A stretch of DNA of 36,724 bases from an uncultured Candidatus Saccharibacteria bacterium. Its GTDB lineage: Bacteria > Patescibacteriota > Minisyncoccia > Minisyncoccales > GWA2-38-27. Position 1 is the first letter of the stretch. Every line of letters starts with the position of its first letter. The stretch covers positions 1 through 36,724 of the forward strand of contig CAYPVI010000002.1 in assembly GCA_964414135.1 (NCBI GenBank), given 5' to 3'. Below the pieces are notes generated by a model. That model made no database searches. It was not told the DNA's origin and saw only the letters and a list, made by a program, of their open reading frames with translations. A program made the position numbers and the translations under genes. Positions 18,931 to 26,085 of the stretch are shown piece by piece.

Positions 18931-19389
18931 ATGAATAATATTAAGAAAGTACTGTGTGTCTGCAAAGGTAATGGCGACAGAAGTCCAATGATGGCTGGGG
19001 TTCTCGAGATGTATCTGGATAACGCTATTTCAGATGGTCAAGTTTGTCAAATAGACTGTGAGAGTGCCGGGATTTTGAAAATCGCCAATAATGGCAATGG
19101 AGCATCTCCCCTAATGATTAAGGCAGCAAAACGGATTGGTATTCATCTCTCATCTCATGAAAGACGTTGGGTTAATTCGTTGAATATCAACGATTACGAC
19201 CTTTTCGTCTGCGTAGATGATGAAGTGGCCGCTTATGTGATTGAACTCGGCGCAGACATAAACAAAGTCTGCAATGCCCAAATCAGTAATGCCTGGCCAT
19301 CGCGGTTTCAGAGAGATTTGGATGATACCGCCGAAAGAATCATGGGAGCAATGTTCCGAGTCGTTACTCGATATTTCTCCCGCGAGTGA
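18931..19389 (+). CDS. Low-molecular-weight protein-tyrosine-phosphatase/ArsC-fold protein (CX5R)
   Basis: N-terminal VLCVCKGNGDRSPM fits the LMW-PTP P-loop C-x5-R-S. The usual C-terminal DPYY-type acid loop is not evident. Visibly GC-richer than its neighbours. Confidence 0.6.
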   Translation: MNNIKKVLCVCKGNGDRSPMMAGVLEMYLDNAISDGQVCQIDCESAGILKIANNGNGASPLMIKAAKRIGIHLSSHERRWVNSLNINDYDLFVCVDDEVAAYVIELGADINKVCNAQISNAWPSRFQRDLDDTAERIMGAMFRVVTRYFSRE

Positions 19390-19410
19390 AATCACCAATG
19401 TCACTCATAA

Positions 19411-19450
19411 GCCCAATTGCAACAACGTTTGCGATTGGGCTCTTTTTTTT
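19411..19450 (+). terminator. Rho-independent terminator of the phosphatase gene
   Basis: GCCCAAT (19411-17) ... ATTGGGC (19434-40) followed by TCTTTTTTTT. Confidence 0.8.
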
Positions 19451-19576
19451 ATTTCAAGATTATATATTAATACCTTAGCGAATCAAGGTTCTGCCAAAAG
19501 CAGGGTCTTATTTCAAGATTATATATCTATACGATAGCGAATCAAGGTTCCCCGCCAAGGCGGGGGTTCTTATTTC
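19449..19576. repeat. Two-and-a-bit tandem ~60-nt repeats, each ending in a GC hairpin
   Basis: Unit: TTATTTCAAGATTATATAT..TAGCGAATCAAGGTTC-[CTGCCAAAAGCAGG or CCCGCCAAGGCGGG]-GTTCTTA, at 19449-19507 and 19508-19569. The next TTATTTC overlaps the stop of gene 19570..21708. Confidence 0.85.
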
Positions 19577-21708
19577 CTTTTTAATATTTTAACAATACCT
19601 CTATTAGCATCTACTTCCACCAAATCTCCGTCTTTTAATATTTGGCTTGCTATTTTAGTTCCAACTATACATGGTTTTTTCATCTCTCTTGCTATAATTG
19701 CAGCATGACATGTTAGACCTCCTTCGTCTGTAATAAATGCAGAAGCTTTTTTCATAGCGGGTAAAAAGTCGGGCGTTGTCATTGGAGAGACTAATATTTC
19801 TCCTTTCTTTATCAAATCTATATGTTTATGACCCATTACTCTTTTAACTTTTCCCTTCACAATCCCTTTGTAAACTATGATTCCTTTTATTTCATCTTTT
19901 GATTCTATATTTTCTGTTTCTAATTTAATATTATATTTTTTTTCTACAACATTTCTATTATTACCAATATACATCATATTTTTTGTATAAATAAATCCTT
20001 CGTCTCTCTTTTTTAAATCAGGGATTTTGGGAATTTTTTCACTTTTTATCTCATCAATTTTTAAAACATGAACATAATTCTTTAATTTTGGAAACATTTT
20101 TATTAAAGATTTTCGAACTACAATATCTGTTCCTGTAGAAAGTTTAGTTGTCTTTTTTCGTAATTTCTTTATTGGAGAAATATCTAATCCTCTTAATTCA
20201 TTTTCGTCCATTTCGCATAACCACCACATAGCCTCAATCCAAGGATAGGCGATCTCAAAATTTTTAATGAATTTCAATAAATCTTTTTTTGATAAGGTTT
20301 TTTCACCATCATAAATTGGCTGAATTGGTTTTAATTTTTCTTCAACTTTTTTTTCTAATTTTTCCAAGAATTTTTTATCTTTTTTTATAGTTTCTTTAAT
20401 ATGATTTTTAATCCATTTAACCCCTCTCGGATCATAATAACTCTTTACTGTTCCATCTTCTCTTACAAAAACAATGTATGGCAGGAATGCTTGTTTTTTT
20501 CCACTCCACGGTTTTGAATCATAGGCTTCACCTTTATACCAAACATCTAACATTGGTAAAGAAAAATCTCTTGTGAAAACTTTTTTGTAGATTGGTTTTT
20601 GATTATTCTCTAAAATCTTAACAATACCTCTATTAGCATCTACTTCCACCAAATCTCCATCTTTCAGGACTTTGGTTGCTATTTTTGTTCCAACAACGCC
20701 TGGTATTCTAAATTCTCTACTAAAAACTGCGGCGTGAGAGAGAAAACCACCTTCGTCGGTAATTATAGCTTTGGCTTTTTTTAATATTGGATTGTATTTA
20801 GGTAATGTGGTGGGTGCAACCAAAATATACCCATTTTTGAATTTTATTAATTGTTTTAAATTAGAAATAACCTGAACATATCCTTTTACCCGCTTCTTAT
20901 AAATTGGCGTGCCCTTAAGAATTCTTTCTTCGATGATTTGTCGATTTAGTTTATTTTCCTGATTTTTTAGTTTTTTAAAAAGAATAGAAGCTGACTTTCC
21001 GACCAACAAAAAAGGAGTTGGTAACAATATCAAGGCACTCATACGTTTCCGACTTTCTAAGTTCTTGGGTAATTTATTTATTTTAATAAAATCAATAAAT
21101 TCGTTAATGAGAAGTAATTTTAATAAATCGGGGGATTTTATTTTTCTTTTTTTGGCAATCTTTGCACATATTTTCTCAAAATATTCATCATAAGCTCCGA
21201 GAACATGTTCGTATTTTGTTCGTCTTTTTATTAAAAAATTTGCGATTCTTTTATGTTTTTTAACTCTAGCGATATAATCGATTCCTCTCTGAATAAATGT
21301 ATTGAAAGCACATAGTTTTCCAAAGCTAATATTGAAATCCCTTATAAAGTTGGGGGTTAATTCATTTTTTCCCCCTATTTGTCTATAAAGAGTTAATAGA
21401 TGCTCTGCATATAAGACATGCTGCTCAATTATTCTCTTGCGAAAAGTACGGTTATTGATAATTTTCTCTCCTACAAGTTTTTCAAAACAATTCTCTTCCT
21501 CGTAACTTCTAAAATGCGTTGCTATTCCATTATGATATATACAAATAAATATAGTGAAAGAATCTTTAAACCATTGTCGTGAATTAATAATGTCAAGCGA
21601 TACCTTCCAAGAAGACATCGTAAACAAACTATATTCCCTTTCCCAAAATTTACTTATATTCTCCAAAGTAAGTTTTGGGATTTCCCGTGCTTTCATAAAT
21701 TTCTGCAT
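19570..21708 (-). CDS. Double-module phosphotransferase protein: (N-domain + His swivel domain) x2
   Basis: Two complete His domains. Internal: ITDEGGFLSHAAVFSREFRIPGVVGTKIATKVLKDGDLVEVDANRGIVKILE. C-terminal: ITDEGGLTCHAAIIAREMKKPCIVGTKIASQILKDGDLVEVDANRGIVKILKRK. Confidence 0.8.
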   Translation of the reverse strand: MQKFMKAREIPKLTLENISKFWEREYSLFTMSSWKVSLDIINSRQWFKDSFTIFICIYHNGIATHFRSYEEENCFEKLVGEKIINNRTFRKRIIEQHVLYAEHLLTLYRQIGGKNELTPNFIRDFNISFGKLCAFNTFIQRGIDYIARVKKHKRIANFLIKRRTKYEHVLGAYDEYFEKICAKIAKKRKIKSPDLLKLLLINEFIDFIKINKLPKNLESRKRMSALILLPTPFLLVGKSASILFKKLKNQENKLNRQIIEERILKGTPIYKKRVKGYVQVISNLKQLIKFKNGYILVAPTTLPKYNPILKKAKAIITDEGGFLSHAAVFSREFRIPGVVGTKIATKVLKDGDLVEVDANRGIVKILENNQKPIYKKVFTRDFSLPMLDVWYKGEAYDSKPWSGKKQAFLPYIVFVREDGTVKSYYDPRGVKWIKNHIKETIKKDKKFLEKLEKKVEEKLKPIQPIYDGEKTLSKKDLLKFIKNFEIAYPWIEAMWWLCEMDENELRGLDISPIKKLRKKTTKLSTGTDIVVRKSLIKMFPKLKNYVHVLKIDEIKSEKIPKIPDLKKRDEGFIYTKNMMYIGNNRNVVEKKYNIKLETENIESKDEIKGIIVYKGIVKGKVKRVMGHKHIDLIKKGEILVSPMTTPDFLPAMKKASAFITDEGGLTCHAAIIAREMKKPCIVGTKIASQILKDGDLVEVDANRGIVKILKRK

Positions 21709-21714
21709 AATTTT

Positions 21715-22704
21715 TTATAATGTAGTAATTGGTCTTGATTGTGTTATATATATCTTATTATTTTCTATTGCGAATTCAATGTCTTGAGGACATTTATAAT
21801 GATCTTCTATTTTTTGGCAGAGTTTGGCTAATTGGATGATTTGTTTATTAGGGAGTTTTTGGATTGATTGAGTTTTTTCCGGAACCTCGGTTTCTTTTAT
21901 TCCAGAGCCGGATTTAACCATCATCATTTCTTGATCGCTGATATTAGTATCTATAATAATCCAATTAGATTTATCAATGACATAGGTATCAGGAGTTATT
22001 TTCCCTCCGACAATGGCTTCTCCGAGTCCCCAGCCCGTCTCAATGACCATTTGATTTGTATCTTGAGTAACAGGATGAACAGTAAAACAAATGCCAGACA
22101 CATCTGATTGAATCATTTTCTGGATTACTACTGCTACACCTACTGGATAACAATGAGCTAATTTTTTGCAAGTATTAGCTCTAATCTTTTTCTGACCGCC
22201 AATAGTAATTACTTTCTTTTCAAAGGCATAAAATAAAGCTCTTGGAGTAAATAAAGAAGACCAGCAATTCTTAATATTGTCTATTAAATTAGAGCTGGAA
22301 GTATTCAAATATGTTTCTAACTCCCCTGCCCAAGATGCCACTGAAGAATCTTCAGCAGTTGCTGAAGAACGAACTGCAACGTATTTAGCATTTAGTTTCT
22401 TAAATTCTTTCAGAAACTCCTTTTCTAAGTCCTTTGGAACAGAAGCATCATGAATTAAATCTCTAATAACATTAGATGCTTTGTCTGCAGAATTAATATC
22501 TTTAAAATTAATCTGTTTTATTTGGCTGGCTATTTCAACCACTAAATCGGTTTCCTCTAAAAACTTATCAAACGCCTCAACTAAAATAATAAAACCCGGC
22601 GGTACCTGAATTTTAGCTTGAGTCATCTCTCCAAGCGAAGCTCCCTTGCCACCAGCAATTAAAATATCGTTTTTAGATATTTGCTTAAATGTTTTTGTGA
22701 ACAT
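21715..22704 (-). CDS. Stand-alone ATP-grasp nucleotide-binding domain of the PEP synthase/PPDK/rifampicin-phosphotransferase family (PPDK_N type)
   Basis: ILIAGGKGASLGEM, VAVRSSATAEDSSVASWAGELETYLN, VAVVIQKMIQSDVSGICFTVHP, ETGWGLGEAIVGGKITPDTY, DIEFAIENNKIYITQSRPIT. The ORF ends exactly where this domain normally ends. Confidence 0.85.
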   Translation of the reverse strand: MFTKTFKQISKNDILIAGGKGASLGEMTQAKIQVPPGFIILVEAFDKFLEETDLVVEIASQIKQINFKDINSADKASNVIRDLIHDASVPKDLEKEFLKEFKKLNAKYVAVRSSATAEDSSVASWAGELETYLNTSSSNLIDNIKNCWSSLFTPRALFYAFEKKVITIGGQKKIRANTCKKLAHCYPVGVAVVIQKMIQSDVSGICFTVHPVTQDTNQMVIETGWGLGEAIVGGKITPDTYVIDKSNWIIIDTNISDQEMMMVKSGSGIKETEVPEKTQSIQKLPNKQIIQLAKLCQKIEDHYKCPQDIEFAIENNKIYITQSRPITTL

Positions 22705-22717
22705 TATCTTATTCTAA
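22662..22717. repeat. 56-nt exact duplicate (copy 1) covering upstream region, ATG and first 14 codons
   Basis: AAATATCGTTTTTAGATATTTGCTTAAATGTTTTTGTGAACATTATCTTATTCTAA, identical to 24223-24278. Confidence 0.95.
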
Positions 22718-24265
22718 TAATTTTACAATTCCTTTGTTTGTATCGACCTCAATTAAATCTCCTGTTTTAAATACTTCGGTTGCGAAATTTGTTCCAACAA
22801 TGCAGGGTTTTTTAAACTCCCTAGATACAATTGCAGCGTGAGATAATATCCCTCCCTTATCTGTCACTATTGCCTTTGATTTCTGCATTGCTCTTTCAAA
22901 ATCTACTGTAGTCTCTGGAGCAATAAGAATATCTTTTTCGGTTATTTTATTTGCTTCTTTTGCACTTAAGGCTATAAACACCCTCCCACTTATCTTTTCT
23001 TCACACTTGTAGGTCGTGGTCCCTCTAACTGAATTAATATTAGAGTAGTCTTTGGCGAAAATATTATTTTTAATTCTCTGATACTTTTCTCCTACTATTA
23101 ATTCTAGCTTGTTTTTATACAAAATCATTCCCCATCCCTTTTTTCTCTCTTTTATTTTGATTTTTAGTGAACTTTGATTTGATAAACCTTTAATTATTTC
23201 TGGAGGAGTTAGATAAAGAAGGTTTTCATATCTAAGTGACAATCTTTCAGCTATATGTTTCAAAAAATCAAAAGCATAATAGTTAGAAATATTAATCATA
23301 TCTATCCTATATGTTCTCTGGAAAGCAAACTCTCTAAAAAAATAAAAGAAAGAAATATCCTGTTTAGAGATATTCAATTTTTTGATTAGAGATTTTATAT
23401 TATTTTCTCTTTTTCTTCTTTCTTGAGTTAATTTTTTTAATTCTTTAATACAATCTTTTATTAAAAGCTCTTTCAAGTCTTCTAAGAATTTATTAGTAGA
23501 ATAGTGTTTACCCCTCATAAATACAACTCCCATCCAGGAATACTTTTTTTGATGTAGTTTTATTTCTTTTCGCAGGCTCTTAGGAAAATCTTTTAATTTC
23601 AACCTTTGTATCTTTTGTTTATTTTTAGAAAAAAATGTGGTTTTCTGTATGTCTGTTGCCAGTTCTAATAATTCTCTTTTTTCTTCAAATGAAAACGGCT
23701 CGGGATTAGGCTCGCCTAATCTTAAAAGATATTCCGGTATCTTTTTATTTTCTATTTTATTCTTTTCTAGAACATTTTTTAATTTATTAGTTAGAAACTT
23801 TTCAAACAGCGAAAGCGTGTTAACAAAAGGCATAATTCTCAAAATAGTAGAAACATAATTATTGAAAATCTGGCTCAGCTCTTTTTGGCTATACTTTTTT
23901 AAATCTTTTATAGATTTAATTTTCTTAGAGTGGTCAACACAAAGTTCACAGTTTTTATTAAGAAGTTCCATGTATTTACCTAAAAAAGCTTTATCTTTTT
24001 TAAGAACTTGTATTACATAATTATCTGTTTTTTCATACTCATTATAATCAACGTATTCTGCACGGTCAAAATTAAGCATTATTTTCATTTTATAACTTTG
24101 TTTTACCTCTTTCTTGGATAAAGGATTTCTTTGAGAATCAAACTGTAAATATTTCATTAAAATACAATCATTGTACTGAGAAAATTTGTACCAGTTTATT
24201 GTTTTAAAAAATTTCAAGCTAGAAATATCGTTTTTAGATATTTGCTTAAATGTTTTTGTGAACAT
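22709..24265 (-). CDS. Phosphotransferase subunit paralogue: divergent N-domain plus C-terminal His swivel domain, with first 14 aa duplicated from the ATP-grasp gene
   Basis: C-terminus ILIAPETTVDFERAMQKSKAIVTDKGGILSHAAIVSREFKKPCIVGTNFATEVFKTGDLIEVDTNKGIVK. N-terminus MFTKTFKQISKNDI is identical to that of 21715..22704. Confidence 0.8.
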   Translation of the reverse strand: MFTKTFKQISKNDISSLKFFKTINWYKFSQYNDCILMKYLQFDSQRNPLSKKEVKQSYKMKIMLNFDRAEYVDYNEYEKTDNYVIQVLKKDKAFLGKYMELLNKNCELCVDHSKKIKSIKDLKKYSQKELSQIFNNYVSTILRIMPFVNTLSLFEKFLTNKLKNVLEKNKIENKKIPEYLLRLGEPNPEPFSFEEKRELLELATDIQKTTFFSKNKQKIQRLKLKDFPKSLRKEIKLHQKKYSWMGVVFMRGKHYSTNKFLEDLKELLIKDCIKELKKLTQERRKRENNIKSLIKKLNISKQDISFFYFFREFAFQRTYRIDMINISNYYAFDFLKHIAERLSLRYENLLYLTPPEIIKGLSNQSSLKIKIKERKKGWGMILYKNKLELIVGEKYQRIKNNIFAKDYSNINSVRGTTTYKCEEKISGRVFIALSAKEANKITEKDILIAPETTVDFERAMQKSKAIVTDKGGILSHAAIVSREFKKPCIVGTNFATEVFKTGDLIEVDTNKGIVKLLE

Positions 24266-24278
24266 TATCTTATTCTAA
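24223..24278. repeat. 56-nt exact duplicate (copy 2)
   Basis: Identical to 22662-22717. Confidence 0.95.
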
Positions 24279-24300
24279 CAAAAAACCGCCATTCCGTCAC
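24272..24300 (-). promoter_or_regulatory. Candidate promoter giving a leaderless transcript for gene 22709..24265
   Basis: Minus strand: GTGACG-17 nt-TAGAAT-AAGATA-ATG. With 6 nt between the -10 and the ATG, the A of the ATG falls at about +1. Confidence 0.4.
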
Positions 24301-24333
24301 CTGACAAGGGCGATTTTCTATACTCCTCAAATT

Positions 24334-24507
24334 TTAATTCTTACGCGATAATGCCAAAATAACAAGACCAAGAAAGTTAAAGACAGCGAAAACTAAAACT
24401 AAAGATGTAGAAAGCGCACCAACCAAACCACTAAGCAACTCAACAACCAAAAGTCCAACCGTCCCGATAAGTATTAATATAAATGGTATTAACTTAACTT
24501 TTTTCAT
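24334..24507 (-). CDS. 57-aa hydrophobic membrane peptide
   Basis: My translation: MKKVKLIPFILILIGTVGLLVVELLSGLVGALSTSLVLVFAVFNFLGLVILALSRKN (two TM segments). Strong AGGAGG SD 8 nt upstream. Directly follows the MazG-like gene. Below the ORF-track cutoff. Confidence 0.55.
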   Translation of the reverse strand: MKKVKLIPFILILIGTVGLLVVELLSGLVGALSTSLVLVFAVFNFLGLVILALSRKN

Positions 24508-24511
24508 ATTT

Positions 24512-24904
24512 TTATTCCTCCTTTAATTTATTATTATTTTTTTCTTTAAAATTAGCATCGTACCCTCCTAAATAAATGTTGGTGTGCTTATTTTTGGTTT
24601 TCTCAATTGGAAATCTTCTTTCATTATCTTTTATTGTAAAATTAATTGCTTCGTCCATATCAACATCACAGCTATTAGCAAGCAATGATAAAAACCACAA
24701 AATATCTCCTACTGTATCTTTTACCTGATCTTTATTCTTAAACAAAACGCTTTTTATAACTTCTGGATTTTGTTCCCATTTTATAATATTCCTAAATTCT
24801 CCAACCTCTTCTACAATGCCCAATAAAAGATCCTTAGGATTATGGAATTGTGCCCAATTCCTTTCCTCGCAAAACTTCTTAATCTTTTTTTGATATTCAT
24901 TCAT
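24512..24904 (-). CDS. MazG-like nucleoside triphosphate pyrophosphohydrolase (all-alpha NTP-PPase)
   Basis: FCEERNWAQFHNPKDLLLGIVEEVGEF (ExxE) and GDILWFLSLLANSCDVDMDEAI, typical of the small MazG/dCTPase-like family. Confidence 0.75.
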   Translation of the reverse strand: MNEYQKKIKKFCEERNWAQFHNPKDLLLGIVEEVGEFRNIIKWEQNPEVIKSVLFKNKDQVKDTVGDILWFLSLLANSCDVDMDEAINFTIKDNERRFPIEKTKNKHTNIYLGGYDANFKEKNNNKLKEE

Positions 24905-24940
24905 AATAATTTATTAATTTATAATTTCTTAATTTTCTTT

Positions 24941-25378
24941 CTACTCAATAAACTCACTATAAATTATTTTATTTTTTATATGATTTATTGCTTCTTTTAT
25001 ATAAGGAATTACATTATCTGGTATATTACCTAAATCAAACCAAGACAAATCATCGCATTTATTTGGTTCTTTATTCTCAATGTTTCCGGTCCATTTTTCA
25101 GCTACAAAAAAGACATCAATCCTTTCATTGCCTTTGATATTTCTATTCATAACATGCACAACGCTCAGATCTTCGGATTGAAGTGTTATACCTGCCTCCT
25201 CTTTCACCTCCCTAATTATCGCTTCAGTAAAAGTCTCTCCCTTATCTACATGACCCGCAACAAGACTATACTTCCCGTCTTCATAACCAGTATTAAAACG
25301 TCTCTGAAGTAATATTTTATTACCTCCAATTAAAACTAAATAAGAAGCCGGTGTAATTTTATGTCTTTCTTTTTTCAT
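24941..25378 (-). CDS. NUDIX hydrolase
   Basis: Perfect Nudix box GHVDKGETFTEAIIREVKEEAGI (G-x5-E-x7-REUxEExGU). Confidence 0.88.
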   Translation of the reverse strand: MKKERHKITPASYLVLIGGNKILLQRRFNTGYEDGKYSLVAGHVDKGETFTEAIIREVKEEAGITLQSEDLSVVHVMNRNIKGNERIDVFFVAEKWTGNIENKEPNKCDDLSWFDLGNIPDNVIPYIKEAINHIKNKIIYSEFIE

Positions 25379-25424
25379 AATTTCTTAATCTTTTAAACAA
25401 ATCTAACCTTATTTTTCATCATAA

Positions 25425-25453
25425 CAAAAAATCGCCATTTTGGCGATTTTTTA
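25425..25453. terminator. Bidirectional terminator of the AAAAAATCGCC..GGCGATTTTTT family
   Basis: AAAAAATCGCCATTTTGGCGATTTTTT. Confidence 0.7.
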
Positions 25454-25544
25454 AAGAGAAAAAGGGGTCAGGAACGGTTTTTTATTCAACTTCATCCCCT
25501 GCGAATCTTTAAAAACTAAGTCTAAAATCAAGGAGCTAAGCTAA

Positions 25545-25580
25545 AAGAAAAACCCCTTAATATAATTCTCAGGGGTTTAA
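25545..25580 (-). terminator. Rho-independent terminator downstream of gene 25589..25879
   Basis: AACCCCT (25551-57) pairs with AGGGGTT (25571-77). On the minus strand it is followed by TTTCTTTT. Confidence 0.65.
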
Positions 25581-25588
25581 AAGATTGT

Positions 25589-25879
25589 TTAGATTGCTTC
25601 GGTAAAAAAAGCTCCGCTTATGAAAAACAATCCTAATTCTGTGGCAATCTTATAAAAATCTTCTTTTATGTTTTCGGCCTTATCTAACTCAGCTCCCACC
25701 ATTATAATTGTATGTATTCCAGCATAAGTTGAATTAGAAATGAAAATAATATATAGTTTATCTTTCAAAAATCTGATTAAATATTTTCCTCTCTCGCTAT
25801 CAATACTACCTCTTTCTTTATCTATTTTCTTTTGCTTACTCTCATCGAGAACAAAAGTTTGATAAATCATGTTCGCCAT
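25589..25879 (-). CDS. Hypothetical protein (96 aa)
   Basis: ORF with an AAGGAG SD 7 nt upstream of the ATG, plus its own promoter and terminator. No recognisable motif. Confidence 0.55.
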   Translation of the reverse strand: MANMIYQTFVLDESKQKKIDKERGSIDSERGKYLIRFLKDKLYIIFISNSTYAGIHTIIMVGAELDKAENIKEDFYKIATELGLFFISGAFFTEAI

Positions 25880-25935
25880 TTTCTATCTCCTTTTATTTTA
25901 GAAACCATATTTTCAATTTTTTAATTTACTACCTA

Positions 25936-25964
25936 CACCATACACCCATTATTTAAATATGTCA
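25936..25964 (-). promoter_or_regulatory. Sigma70-type promoter for gene 25589..25879
   Basis: Minus strand: TTGACA-17 nt-(TGt)ATGGT. Roughly 50-nt leader containing the SD. Confidence 0.5.
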
Positions 25965-26085
25965 ACCCCAAAGGTGAGATAGTCCAAAAACAACCCTGTT
26001 TGCGTTGACGACTGTCGTCAATTATCTAAAAAATAAGGGGGCGTTGAGGTCAAGTTGCCCAAGAAAGGTCGACCTTCCCAAAAAT

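Noticed and set aside
19150-19537. ORFs 19150..19404 (-) and 19274..19537 (+), overlapping the phosphatase gene and the repeat region.
   Set aside because: The first is antisense to the motif-bearing phosphatase ORF. The second runs through its terminator and the tandem repeats.
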